Shown here in pieces: positions 1-9,811 of a stretch of DNA of 55,700 nucleotides (the first letter of the stretch is position 1; every line of letters starts with the position of its first letter). The stretch is from Minisyncoccota bacterium (lineage in GTDB: Bacteria; Patescibacteriota; Minisyncoccia; Phycocordibacterales; UBA9973). The notes beneath the pieces are model-generated. The model was not told the DNA's origin. It saw only the letters and a program-made list of their open reading frames with translations, and did not search any database. A program made the position numbers and the translations under genes. The DNA lies in the NCBI GenBank assembly GCA_031413715.1, contig JANOFO010000004.1:1-55700 (forward strand). Direction: 5' to 3'.

Positions 1-561
1 TGCTGCATCAAGAGAAAGAGAGTCAGCTATATCTGCGAAATCAATGACATCTGTATCAATTGTCATTACAGTACCAGAACCACTGACGACGATATCTCCA
101 TAGTCGGTATCTGAGAGTGCGCCGCCGCATGCTTGCCAGGCTGGCGCTGCAGAGCTTGCTTGAGTTAGACACTGGACTGCTCCAGCATTCACTGCGAGCG
201 CTTGGACTGCTCCGGTGCCGTTGCCATAGAGAACTCCATTCGAAGCAAGTGTACCAACCCCTATACCTCCTTGCGCAACTGTGACAAGTGCATTGGTAGT
301 GAGAATCGTTGCGTTCGCATCTGGGAACGTATAAATTCTTGCAACAGTTTGGTTGTTTGTTACTTGGAAAACGCCGTCACCAATCTCTAGCCACGGGTGT
401 CCTGGGTTTGGAGTAGTCGCAGTAACAATATGGACGACAGAAAAAACTACTCCCATCAACAAGATTGTATAGACAAGGTAATGAACAGAAAGCCTTGGTT
501 TGAATTTTCCGAAAATACCCTTTATAAAAAATAAAAATTTTTGATTATTGTATTTGGGCAT
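1..561 (-). CDS. Partial (N-terminal ~187 aa) membrane-anchored surface protein; runs off the left edge
   Basis: Absent from the ORF track because it is open at position 1. Reverse-strand ATG at 561-559 gives MPKYNNQKFLFFIKGIFGKFKPRLSVHYLVYTILLMGVVFSVVHIVTATTPNPGHPWLEIGDG... This is a basic N-terminus, one hydrophobic helix, then Gly/Thr/Ala/Val-rich sequence with no stop down to nt 1. Confidence 0.55.
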   Translation of the reverse strand, partial: MPKYNNQKFLFFIKGIFGKFKPRLSVHYLVYTILLMGVVFSVVHIVTATTPNPGHPWLEIGDGVFQVTNNQTVARIYTFPDANATILTTNALVTVAQGGIGVGTLASNGVLYGNGTGAVQALAVNAGAVQCLTQASSAAPAWQACGGALSDTDYGDIVVSGSGTVMTIDTDVIDFADIADSLSLDAA

Positions 562-682
562 AAGACACATATATATTGTATCATGCCATACCTAAAAAAT
601 AGATAAACTCAAAAGACCCTTAAGTATAGTTTTTTATCTTCAATTGTGGATAACCTAGGAGAATCTAGCCTGAAAATAAAGT

Positions 683-2542
683 TTATCGGACCTCGTAGCC
701 TAAAGATGAGATTTTTTCGGTAGTTTTTGACATTATGGAGTTTACTTCTTCATCGGTCAAAGTCCGATCATACGACTGAAAAATTAGTCGAAACGCGTAT
801 GAAGTCCTACCTTCTTTTGTGAATGTATCGACGAGTTTCGGCTCCCCTTGCAAGAGTTCGGTACCAAATTCTTTATAGATTTCAGAAAGAGTTTCAGGTT
901 TTGTTTCTTCGGGTAACCACACGGCAATATCACGCACTATGAAAGGATACGGGCTCCATATTTTAAACACTTGCTCCGGAAAATTATCCCCTGAAAAGTG
1001 CGGATATTTTTCTACTGAAAAATTCCTCGAGCTCGCGCCGTCGCGCTCCCTAGTCTCTTCAGAGAACAATTTCTCCTCTGCAAAAGAATCCAAAGACACT
1101 TCTTTAATCTCTTTTTTATTTACCCATGCGACGCGCATTTCTTCACTATCTTTACTAAACACTGTCCCGATCTCAAAAATTTTTATTTCATCAAGTCCGA
1201 GAAGGGGTGCGTTTAATTTGTTGAGCTCGTAAGATTTTTTCAATCCATCAGATAAATTAGTTCGTAAAAAATTCTTGTCGCTTGCTGAAGCTTCGACTTC
1301 CACTTCCCCTTTTTCTGTAAATACATACGTCATCACCTCTCGGTAACCTGTGTCAACCAACGCCCTGCGAGCTTCTGAAATTTTCCCATACACAGGATGA
1401 TCCTGTGGGGTAAAATTAATCTTAGACAGTTTCGGCTTTACTTTATCGTACCCATACACCCGGCCGATTTCCTCAGCCATATCTTGCCTTTCCAATAGAT
1501 CGAGGCGAAGAGGAGGAGTAATAAGAGAATAATTGTCTTCTTCTTTTTTGTATTCAAAATTATATCTTTTTAAGATATCCTCCATCTCATTTGCAGGAAT
1601 TTCTATCCCTAGAAGATTATTTATATAGGAACTTTTGAATTCTAATTTTCTCTCTTCTTGTTTTTTTGGATAAACATCGACAATATCTTCAAATACTGCA
1701 TCTGGCATGATCTCCATAATAAGTCCTGATAGTTCGATCATTCCAAATTCTGTATGTTCGGGAGATAGATCATTTTCAAATCGTTTAGCAGAATCAGAAA
1801 GAAGTCCGAGCCTGCGCGCAGTCTTGCGAACAGCAATCGGATCAAAATTCGCAACTTCTAGAACGATATCGATCGTCGTGTCACTTATTCCCGAATCAAA
1901 TCCGCCTTTTACACCTGCCAGTGCCAAGGTTTTCGAGCCATCAGCAATAATCATATCGGTACTTTTAAGTTTGGCAGTAATACCTTCTCTGCCTACTACC
2001 TTTAGATCTTCTCCTTCTTTTGCATTTTTTATTTGTATTTTCGCTATTCCCTTCCCGCTATCTGCTATCTGCTTTAAATCATATGCATGAGCTGGCTGGC
2101 CAGAGTCATACATCACGATATTCGTCGCATCGACGATATTGTTTATGCTTCTCTGTCCTATCGATTCAAGGTGTTTAACTACCCACTCAGGTGACGGACC
2201 AATTTTTACATTGCGGACAATTCGCGCAGAATATCTGCGACAACTTTCTGAATTAATTTCAACTTTCAAACTCGTCGGCGTTGAGGCAGGAACTTTATAC
2301 ATAGGAGTTGGGTCATTGAATTTTATACCAAGCAGTCCCGCGAGTTCACGAGCAACACCATGATGCGAAAGCAAATCGTGTGCACGATTCGGCAAGATTC
2401 CTAAATCAAAAACATGATCGCCATCCAGAAGTTTTTCGACCGATTCAACTTCACATATATGATACGTAAAAAGATCTGCCAGCCGATTCGGTTCTGGAAT
2501 TTCAGGAACATACCATTTAAGCCAATTGTAAGAAATTTTCAT
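683..2542 (-). CDS. pheT: Phenylalanine--tRNA ligase beta subunit (short 619-aa form)
   Basis: The start MKISYNWLKWYVP is typical of PheT. A C-terminal FDX-ACB-like segment is present (FIVRDIAVWLPE...). It lies 3 nt downstream of pheS in the same orientation. Confidence 0.9.
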   Translation of the reverse strand: MKISYNWLKWYVPEIPEPNRLADLFTYHICEVESVEKLLDGDHVFDLGILPNRAHDLLSHHGVARELAGLLGIKFNDPTPMYKVPASTPTSLKVEINSESCRRYSARIVRNVKIGPSPEWVVKHLESIGQRSINNIVDATNIVMYDSGQPAHAYDLKQIADSGKGIAKIQIKNAKEGEDLKVVGREGITAKLKSTDMIIADGSKTLALAGVKGGFDSGISDTTIDIVLEVANFDPIAVRKTARRLGLLSDSAKRFENDLSPEHTEFGMIELSGLIMEIMPDAVFEDIVDVYPKKQEERKLEFKSSYINNLLGIEIPANEMEDILKRYNFEYKKEEDNYSLITPPLRLDLLERQDMAEEIGRVYGYDKVKPKLSKINFTPQDHPVYGKISEARRALVDTGYREVMTYVFTEKGEVEVEASASDKNFLRTNLSDGLKKSYELNKLNAPLLGLDEIKIFEIGTVFSKDSEEMRVAWVNKKEIKEVSLDSFAEEKLFSEETRERDGASSRNFSVEKYPHFSGDNFPEQVFKIWSPYPFIVRDIAVWLPEETKPETLSEIYKEFGTELLQGEPKLVDTFTKEGRTSYAFRLIFQSYDRTLTDEEVNSIMSKTTEKISSLGYEVR

Positions 2543-2545
2543 AAA

Positions 2546-3265
2546 CTAGAATTGATTGAGCCGCAGATCGCCTTGATAAAATAATCGGACATCGGGAATA
2601 TTCCAGCGGATCATGGCGATGCGATCAAGTCCGCCACCGAAGGCGAAGCCTTGGACTTTTTCCGGATCAAGTCCTGCATTTTTGAGCACATTCGGATGAA
2701 TCATTCCCCCGCCCATCATCTCAAGCCATTTGCCGTTGAATTTGGCATGCACTTCCACTGACGGCTCCGTAAATGGGAAGAAGCTCGGACGAAATTCTAT
2801 TTCAACATCAGGGCCGAGTGCTTTTTTGTAGAATTCTATGAGCACCGCTTTCATATTTGCCAGATTTATATTCGGGCCGATCGCACATCCATCGATCTGA
2901 AAGAATTGCATCTCATGTGTTATGTCAGTCGCTTCATTGCGAAAAACTTTACCGATCGATATCGAAGCGATTTCTTTAATATTTTCTTTTGCAGCTCTCT
3001 CGAGTGTTCGAGCAGTGACGTTGGTTGCGTGAGTGCGCAGTACCATTTCTTCCTCTGTTCCCTTTTCTCTATTCGCTATTCGCTTAATATAAAATGTATC
3101 CTGCATATCTCGAGCAGGATGATCTTTCGGCACATTTAAGGCATCGAAGTTGTACCAAGTAGTTTCAAGTTCGGGACCAGAAGCGATCTCAAATCCAAGC
3201 TTTGAGAACAGTGAATACGCCTCTTCTTGGAGGATAGTCAGCGGATGTAATGACCCTTTATGCAT
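2546..3265 (-). CDS. pheS: Phenylalanine--tRNA ligase alpha subunit, catalytic core only (239 aa)
   Basis: Class II aaRS motifs are present: KVFRNEATDITHEMQFFQIDG (motif 2) and GFAFGGGLDRIAMI (motif 3). Adjacent to pheT. Confidence 0.9.
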   Translation of the reverse strand: MHKGSLHPLTILQEEAYSLFSKLGFEIASGPELETTWYNFDALNVPKDHPARDMQDTFYIKRIANREKGTEEEMVLRTHATNVTARTLERAAKENIKEIASISIGKVFRNEATDITHEMQFFQIDGCAIGPNINLANMKAVLIEFYKKALGPDVEIEFRPSFFPFTEPSVEVHAKFNGKWLEMMGGGMIHPNVLKNAGLDPEKVQGFAFGGGLDRIAMIRWNIPDVRLFYQGDLRLNQF

Positions 3266-3306
3266 ATACAGAATATAGCATTTTTGTGCCTTTTTTCAAA
3301 AGCCGC

Positions 3307-3717
3307 TTATATATAATCACTGCTCGAATATTTTTTCTTACCTAGATTTTTAATTATTTGTATCTTATTCAATTTACAAAAACTTTCCTCCAAGACATCC
3401 TTATCTTTTGCATCACCACCTTTAGCCAAGATAAATTTATAGTTACGATTACTCGTAATTGCTTTTTGTAAAGTTTTGTTAACGCTCAAATCAGTATCTA
3501 TAGAAGAAAGGACTTTATCAACATATTTTATTGCTGACACTAAATCTTCCCGATACTTCTGATTCTGAAACGAGGATATACCTCTTTTAAGTTTTGCTTG
3601 TCTATCATTTTTTACAATAACCCACAATTGATTCCCTTTATTTTTTGCTTTACGAAAAAGTTCAATATGTCCTGGATGTATTGGATTAAAATAACCGCTT
3701 GTTACAACTATTTTCAT
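3307..3717 (-). CDS. Cytidylyltransferase-like nucleotidyltransferase (136 aa)
   Basis: N-terminal SGYFNPIHPGHIELF matches the (H/T)xGH nucleotidyltransferase signature of the TagD/RfaE-domain-II-like family. Substrate cannot be assigned. Confidence 0.65.
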   Translation of the reverse strand: MKIVVTSGYFNPIHPGHIELFRKAKNKGNQLWVIVKNDRQAKLKRGISSFQNQKYREDLVSAIKYVDKVLSSIDTDLSVNKTLQKAITSNRNYKFILAKGGDAKDKDVLEESFCKLNKIQIIKNLGKKKYSSSDYI

Positions 3718-3719
3718 AA

Positions 3720-6700
3720 TTAATTGCTTTTATATATTTTTGCTTTTTCACAGTATTCGCATTCAGTATTCTTACCGTATGAATTGTAATTACATGGACG
3801 CCTAATCCACTCGCCGTTTTTTAGAAGTGTGTCATAGTCGGAAATATCGCGCTTTAGTAAGTCAATCTGTTCAGTTGTTATAGCCGTAGAATAAATTGCG
3901 TCTTTTTCAGAAGGATCTGCTTCGATGAATTCTAAATATGATTTGATGATTGAATGTTTCCCGCCCAAACGGCCGTCAGGTCGGGCAGGCTTTTCTGCTC
4001 CTTGTATGAGATATGTGTACATAATAAGCTGGCGAAGATAGTCGCTCGGTCTTCCCTCTTCGGTTTCTTTTTCAATCATGCTTTTTGTTTTCGCAGATCC
4101 GGTTTTAAAATCAGTGACGTGGATTTCGTCATCGGGATATCGCGCTACAAGATCGATCTTGCCATAGAGGACAAGATTAGGAAATTGAGAATCTTTATAG
4201 GAGAAGGGTTGCTCGCTGGTGCGATTTTTTGAAAATCCAGACAAGCGTGTTTTTACGAATCGCGACAAGATTGCGAATGCTTCATTCATCATCCTTCGTG
4301 TTTCATTCGGATCAATGATGTTATTCCTGAGCAAACTTGCGCTTATCATTTGCTTCAAATCCTTTTCACTGCTTTTACTTTCGTCTCCCAAAAGCTTTTC
4401 AACACATTCATGAATAACTGACCCGAATACTTGGCTTGCAGATTTTATCTCCGGAAGTTTTAATAGATTGCGGAAGTACCACTTCCAAGGACATTCAAAA
4501 AAGTTATTGAGAAGCGTGACCGATACTTTCGTCTTTTCGTATTCATCTTTTACGATTGCGGCAAGTTCCTCTGCCCCAACACGCGCTTCGACCCTCGCCT
4601 GCTTCTTCACATGCTCAGTCGGATCATCAGCGAGAATTGTTGCCTCCCCCTCACCCTCCGATTTTTTCTCGATCAATCCATCGGGAATATCAGCGAAAAT
4701 ATGGGTAAGTTCTTGCGGTGCGCCGTTATAATTCTCTAGAGCATATGACACATTGCAGTAGCGCTTGGCGCGTGTAATCGCTACATATACTTGCCTCTTT
4801 ACCACTTCATCGTCTTTTACTTCCACTATATGCTCTATTTTCTCTGGAAGCGTAAAGGTGCTGCGCTTGCCGGAGAAGAGCGACTTCTCATCAACATGGG
4901 CAATCCAGACAAAATCGAATTCCAAGCCCTTTGAACCATGGAGTGTCATGACTTTTACTCCTTCGTTCTTGCCAAACACTGCAAGCGGGATATGTTCGCC
5001 GTATTCTTTCAATCGATCAAGATAGTCGAGGAAATTGGTCAGTGTAATAGCTTCTTTACTGCGGGTTGAGAGGGATAGAGACAGGTGAAGGAATGTTCGG
5101 ATTACTTCAGCGCGAGTTGTCAGTTCATCATGCTCTTTGGAATTTTTCAAAAGAAGTTCCTCGCCAATGTATTGGATCGTCTCATACACGCTATGCGCTG
5201 AGGAAAAAGAAAGCCACTCCGAAAGCTGTTTACCAGCCACAGTGATAGGATCATTTAGAGAGAAAAGGTTGTCAGAGACACTGGTTGTGATCAAAGTCTC
5301 GATGGAAAGCTCGCGAGCTTTCGTTTTCTGAAGGAACGCGTGGGCTTGGAGCGGTGATATGCCACAATAGCGAGAAAGTATATGAAGAGCGATCGATGCC
5401 TGGTCAAATGGATCTTTCAATATACGAAGCACATTTATGAATGCGAGCGCATCACTGGATAGAAATAAATCAGTCGCTGTTCCCGCCGCAACCGGGATGC
5501 CCATATCACGGAGTATCGTCACTGCATTTCGAACTTGCGCATTCTTGGGTACAAGTATCGCGCACTCATTAGGATCAACACCTTCTTTTATATACTTTTT
5601 GATATCGATGCCCGCGCGCAAGATCTCATCGCGAGGATACGAAAGTGTGTGGAGCACGATTGGATGAGTATGTTTCGTATTGCTTTTGAGCTTTTCTTTT
5701 GTAAGGGAGCTTGAAAGGAGCGCATCGGCTACATTTAGGATATCCTGCGAGGAGCGATAATTTTCAACTAATGTAATGAGCTTGGCTTTGCCGAACGCGG
5801 TCTTGAAATTCTCAAAATACGAGAGCGATGCCCCTCCGAATCCATAGATAAGCTGGCGATCATCTCCGACGACAAAAATATTCGGCTTATCGATTTCCTT
5901 CCAGATCGCTTCAAGGAATTGGTTTTGAATTCCGCTTGAATCTTGATGCTCATCCACCAAGACATAGAGGAAATTCTCCCGCAGTTCACTTGCTACATCT
6001 TCCGATACAGTCACAAGCTCTACAAGCAGTCTGAGTGCATCGTCGTAGTCGATAAGTGAATGCTCTTTTTTATATTGCACATAGAGTTCATAGAAGCGCA
6101 CCACTTCCCGCGTCCGTTCCAAAGATTCGATTTTTTTTGTAATTTCTTTTTTTAGACTTCCTTTTGATTCGCCACGCGAAGATATGTTGGCCGAATCATT
6201 AGCATGCATTTTTATATCATGTTCGATCTCTTTTAAGAATTCTTCGGGTGTTATTCGCTCGCGGGATAGAAGCGCGATTAAAGATTTAATATCATAAAAA
6301 TATTGAGTGCTATTCCCGCGCGGTCGCAGATGCTCCCAATCATTTGTTTCCAAGATTTCATCAGCTATAGTGATGGCCCTCGTGTCATCGATGAGTTCGG
6401 GATCTTTCTCAAAATCAAGAATCGGATAATGCCTCTCTATCAAATCAAGAGCAAAGCTGTGAAACGTAGAGATTTTGACTTTGGAAGCATCGGAGCCGAT
6501 GTAGCTCATAAGGCGTTCGCGCATAGCGCGAACGCCTGAATTGGTAAACGTCAGACACAATATTCCATCGGCGTGGGTGTCAGTCTTTTCTAGGATGTTA
6601 CCGATCCGGAGCGCCAAGATCTGCGTCTTGCCGGTACCCGGACCTGCTACGACCATGACCGGGCCATCGATACTATCCACAGCATCACGCTGAGCAGTAT

Positions 6701-6749
6701 TGAGCTTTTTGTAGGCTTCGGCAAAAACTAGAGTACTCATACATCTCAT
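3720..6749 (-). CDS. UvrD/PcrA-type SF1 helicase fused to a C-terminal PD-(D/E)XK (RecB/AddB/Cas4-like) nuclease
   Basis: Walker A is VVAGPGTGKTQ and motif II is VLVDEHQD, with further SF1 motifs. The C-terminus has GKIDLV...HVTDFKTG plus RQLIMY (QxxxY). One Cys sits at the domain start (FFECPW) and three at the end (RPC...ECEYC). Start could be the internal MSTLVF. Confidence 0.85.
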   Translation of the reverse strand: MRCMSTLVFAEAYKKLNTAQRDAVDSIDGPVMVVAGPGTGKTQILALRIGNILEKTDTHADGILCLTFTNSGVRAMRERLMSYIGSDASKVKISTFHSFALDLIERHYPILDFEKDPELIDDTRAITIADEILETNDWEHLRPRGNSTQYFYDIKSLIALLSRERITPEEFLKEIEHDIKMHANDSANISSRGESKGSLKKEITKKIESLERTREVVRFYELYVQYKKEHSLIDYDDALRLLVELVTVSEDVASELRENFLYVLVDEHQDSSGIQNQFLEAIWKEIDKPNIFVVGDDRQLIYGFGGASLSYFENFKTAFGKAKLITLVENYRSSQDILNVADALLSSSLTKEKLKSNTKHTHPIVLHTLSYPRDEILRAGIDIKKYIKEGVDPNECAILVPKNAQVRNAVTILRDMGIPVAAGTATDLFLSSDALAFINVLRILKDPFDQASIALHILSRYCGISPLQAHAFLQKTKARELSIETLITTSVSDNLFSLNDPITVAGKQLSEWLSFSSAHSVYETIQYIGEELLLKNSKEHDELTTRAEVIRTFLHLSLSLSTRSKEAITLTNFLDYLDRLKEYGEHIPLAVFGKNEGVKVMTLHGSKGLEFDFVWIAHVDEKSLFSGKRSTFTLPEKIEHIVEVKDDEVVKRQVYVAITRAKRYCNVSYALENYNGAPQELTHIFADIPDGLIEKKSEGEGEATILADDPTEHVKKQARVEARVGAEELAAIVKDEYEKTKVSVTLLNNFFECPWKWYFRNLLKLPEIKSASQVFGSVIHECVEKLLGDESKSSEKDLKQMISASLLRNNIIDPNETRRMMNEAFAILSRFVKTRLSGFSKNRTSEQPFSYKDSQFPNLVLYGKIDLVARYPDDEIHVTDFKTGSAKTKSMIEKETEEGRPSDYLRQLIMYTYLIQGAEKPARPDGRLGGKHSIIKSYLEFIEADPSEKDAIYSTAITTEQIDLLKRDISDYDTLLKNGEWIRRPCNYNSYGKNTECEYCEKAKIYKSN
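3959..3988. repeat. GC-rich palindromic mini-element, copy inside the helicase-nuclease gene
   Basis: Plus strand reads tcccgcccaaacggccgtcaggtcgggcag. Its reverse complement ctgcccgacctgacggccgtttgggcggga aligns with the purL and purQ copies (shared CTGCCCGNCC ... GGCGGG termini). It is in frame and encodes ARPDGRLGG. Confidence 0.6.
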
Positions 6750-6805
6750 TATACTAGAGTAGGGAATAAAATGAAAAAATCCCTAAAATCCTGTATACTC
6801 TAGAA

Positions 6806-8545
6806 ATGCAAATACTATATTCATACCTTAGGAAGTACTGGAAGCTACTCCTTCTGTCTTTGGGCCTTGCGACTATTAACCAAGTTTTCTCATTACTCGA
6901 TCCACTAATCTTCCGCTATGTCATTGATGGATACGCTACGAAATTCGACCAATATACACTCTCTCAATTTATAAAAGGAGTGAGTCTACTCCTCGGTGCT
7001 GCTGTTGGAGTAGCGTTTGTATCGCGCGTCGCCAAGAATTTCCAGGACTTCTATGTGAACACCATAACCCAACGCATCGGAGCAGAAATGTATGCCGATG
7101 GTATCAAACATTCACTCGAGCTCCCCTATCAGCAATTTGAAGATGAGCGTAGTGGAGAAACATTGGGAAAAATCCAAAAAGCTCGCACTGACACACAGAC
7201 ACTTGTCAGCTCTCTAATTAATATAGTATTCATATCTATTGTTAGCTTTGTGTTTGTGATGATATACGCCGCCAAGCTCTACTGGCCTATCGCACCACTA
7301 TACATACTGACTATCCCACTGATCGGTGGAGTGAGTTTGATATTGAGTAAAAAGATCAAAAAAGTACAAGAGAAGATCTTCGCTGAGACAGCATCACTCG
7401 CCGGCGCCACCACAGAGTCGCTTCGCAATATCGAGCTTGTGAAAAGCTTGGGTCTTTCAGATCAGGAAATCAACCGCCTTAATCAGTCAACAGAAAAGAT
7501 CCTCGCTCTTGAACTCAAGAAAGTAAAATACATCAGGAGTCTTTCATTTGTCCAAGGCACAATTGTGAATTTCATTCGCACTGCAATACTCTTCATCATG
7601 CTCTACTTGATATTCACTCAAAAGATAACCTTCGGAGAATTCTTCTCGCTTTGGATTTATTCATTCTTCCTATTTGCACCGCTCCAAGAATTGGGCGCAG
7701 TTATCAACACGTATCGTGAATCCCAAGCTTCGCTTTCCAACTACAAAAAAATCCTAGAAACGCCGACAGAAGAGAAGCCGAAAAATGCCGAAACTGTCGC
7801 AACTATTGAATCTCTGGCATTCGAGGATATAGTATTCAAACACAAGCAAGCGAGCACTGAGGCTCTCGCTGGCGTATCGTTTGAAGTACATCGCGGAGAA
7901 ACTATCGCCTTCGTCGGTCCGTCCGGCTCCGGCAAGACGACGCTTGTAAAGCTCCTTGTCGGCCTCTACCAGCCACTTCGCGGAATTATTTCTTATAACA
8001 AAATTCCGCATACCAAAATAGACATCGACACTGTACGAACTCAGATAGGGTTTGTCACTCAAGATACTCAGCTCTTTGCTGGTACTATTCGCGAGAATCT
8101 ACTCTTCGTGAATCCTAATGCTACCGATGCTATGTGCCTAGATGCCCTCGAAAAGGCCGCTTGCCAATCCTTGCTTGAACGCGCTGATAAAGGCCTTGAC
8201 ACTCTCATCGGTGAGGGAGGTGTCAAAGTTTCCGGTGGTGAGAAACAGCGCCTCTCTATCGCCCGCGCCCTTCTTCGCAAGCCGAATCTATTAGTATTCG
8301 ATGAAGCGACATCATCCCTCGACTCTCTAACTGAACAAGAAATCTCAAAAACAATCCAATCCATCGCCGAAGCAAAAGAACATATAACTGTCCTTATCGC
8401 CCACCGCCTCTCGACTATCATGCATGCCGATCGTATCTACGTTCTTGAAAAGGGCCTAATTATAGAATCTGGTTCGCATCAAAACCTCATCGACCAAAAA
8501 GGCCTTTACACCGCCATGTGGCGTCAGCAAATTGGGGAGAAATAA
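6806..8545 (+). CDS. ABC exporter, fused permease/ATPase (MsbA/MdlB-like)
   Basis: A six-helix TMD region is followed by Walker A GPSGSGKTT, signature VSGGEKQR and Walker B LLVFDEATS. Confidence 0.9.
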   Translation: MQILYSYLRKYWKLLLLSLGLATINQVFSLLDPLIFRYVIDGYATKFDQYTLSQFIKGVSLLLGAAVGVAFVSRVAKNFQDFYVNTITQRIGAEMYADGIKHSLELPYQQFEDERSGETLGKIQKARTDTQTLVSSLINIVFISIVSFVFVMIYAAKLYWPIAPLYILTIPLIGGVSLILSKKIKKVQEKIFAETASLAGATTESLRNIELVKSLGLSDQEINRLNQSTEKILALELKKVKYIRSLSFVQGTIVNFIRTAILFIMLYLIFTQKITFGEFFSLWIYSFFLFAPLQELGAVINTYRESQASLSNYKKILETPTEEKPKNAETVATIESLAFEDIVFKHKQASTEALAGVSFEVHRGETIAFVGPSGSGKTTLVKLLVGLYQPLRGIISYNKIPHTKIDIDTVRTQIGFVTQDTQLFAGTIRENLLFVNPNATDAMCLDALEKAACQSLLERADKGLDTLIGEGGVKVSGGEKQRLSIARALLRKPNLLVFDEATSSLDSLTEQEISKTIQSIAEAKEHITVLIAHRLSTIMHADRIYVLEKGLIIESGSHQNLIDQKGLYTAMWRQQIGEK

Positions 8546-8549
8546 AGTT

Positions 8550-8990
8550 ATGACTCTGTCTACTCATATAATTGCAGGATTGATTGTGGGAAAAGTAACA
8601 GGTAATTATTCGCTTGCAATCGCCTCATCAGTATTAGTAGATATCGATCATTTACAGTCATATATCAAGAGTAGAGTAATCTTAAAGCCAAAATTGTTTT
8701 GGAAAACTATTACTGACCAATCAGATCCTTACGGGAATCAACGAGGATACCTGCACAATTTATTGATTTTTATTTTCATCTCAGCAGTCTTGTATATTAT
8801 TTTTAAAAATTCGGTTATCCCGCTTATTCTTGGGTGGGGAGGACATTTACTATTAGATGCGTTAGACGGATCAGACTACTGGCCATTTTATCCTTATAAA
8901 AAAATTAATTTAAAAGGCCCAATAATGTATGCTTCCCGTTACGAGATAATTTTTAGCATATTTTTGTTATCTGTTTATTTTTTTATTTAA
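8550..8990 (+). CDS. Small membrane protein, DUF457/YdjM-like putative metal-dependent hydrolase
   Basis: MTLSTHIIAGLIVGK...DIDH...GHLLLDALD has the hydrophobic His/Asp-rich pattern of that family (recalled from memory). I prefer the ATG at 8550 over the non-ATG start at 8532 in the track. Confidence 0.5.
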   Translation: MTLSTHIIAGLIVGKVTGNYSLAIASSVLVDIDHLQSYIKSRVILKPKLFWKTITDQSDPYGNQRGYLHNLLIFIFISAVLYIIFKNSVIPLILGWGGHLLLDALDGSDYWPFYPYKKINLKGPIMYASRYEIIFSIFLLSVYFFI

Positions 8991-9780
8991 TAATGTTGAA
9001 GAAGTTTTTTATTTCTTCAACGTGTCCACCTGAACTAAAAAGTTCAGGTGGCTGAGTTTCGTTGCTCGGGAGTATATTATTTTCTTCAACTAGTTGTTTC
9101 ACTCGTCGTACAACCGCCGGCGCAGGGTCAATAATGTTTACCTTGTCGCCGACAATCTTTTTAATGCGGTTTATAAGGAACGCGTAGTGCGTACATCCAA
9201 GTACAAGCTGATCAATATTTTTTTCCATGAGTGCAGTCAAATATTCTCGCAAGAGCATTTCCGCTTCATCACTATCCCCTTTCCCTTCTTCGACAAGTTC
9301 TACTAGACCGTACCCTATACATGTATGTACTTCCACATCGCTCGCATACTTTTCTATTGCATCTTGCAATTTCTTACCTTCAGTTGTCACTTTCGTCGCA
9401 AGAACTCCGATGTGGCCGGTTTTTGATAATTCCGATGCAGGTTTTACTGCCGGCTCCATACCAACAAAAGGAACTTCATATTTTTCTCTGAGTTTTGCTA
9501 TTGAAGCAGATGTTGCTGTATTGCAGGCAATAACAATAAGTTTGCAATCTTTCGCAAGTAGGAAGTCGACAATATCCGACGAGAATTTTGTAATCTCATC
9601 TGGTGTCTTACTACCATACGGCAAATGCGCTTGATCGGCATAGTATATAAAGTTGTATCCAGGCAGTTCCTGCTCTAGATACTTTAATATCCAAAGCCCG
9701 CCAAGTCCTGAATCAAATACGCCGATGTTAGTCATGTTGCCTATTTTAACACTATTCTTATTAAAAAATATTTCTTGCAT
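8983..9780 (-). CDS. murI: Glutamate racemase
   Basis: VFDSGLGGL, IACNTATS and GCTHY motifs are present. The likely true start is the internal MTNIGVFDSG at about 9735. Confidence 0.9.
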   Translation of the reverse strand: MQEIFFNKNSVKIGNMTNIGVFDSGLGGLWILKYLEQELPGYNFIYYADQAHLPYGSKTPDEITKFSSDIVDFLLAKDCKLIVIACNTATSASIAKLREKYEVPFVGMEPAVKPASELSKTGHIGVLATKVTTEGKKLQDAIEKYASDVEVHTCIGYGLVELVEEGKGDSDEAEMLLREYLTALMEKNIDQLVLGCTHYAFLINRIKKIVGDKVNIIDPAPAVVRRVKQLVEENNILPSNETQPPELFSSGGHVEEIKNFFNIIK

Positions 9781-9811
9781 CTACGCCATGGCGTAGATGA
9801 CTACTACCTTA

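Noticed and set aside
1020-1060. GC-rich near-palindrome in pheT (ctcgagctcgcgccgtcgcgctccc, encoding RERDGASS)
   Set aside because: It has no sequence similarity to the ctgcccg...cgggga family and only a 4-bp stem. It may be another insertion in a linker, but I cannot support that from one copy.
939-2363. Plus-strand ORFs in the track (939-1232, 1707-2090, 2139-2363). Many similar antisense ORFs lie inside pheS, the helicase, the ABC genes, the pur genes, secD and others.
   Set aside because: They lie antisense to, and wholly within, long well-supported genes. Their translations are low-complexity (Ser/Phe/Leu/Ile-rich) with no motifs, so they are shadow ORFs of an AT-rich genome.
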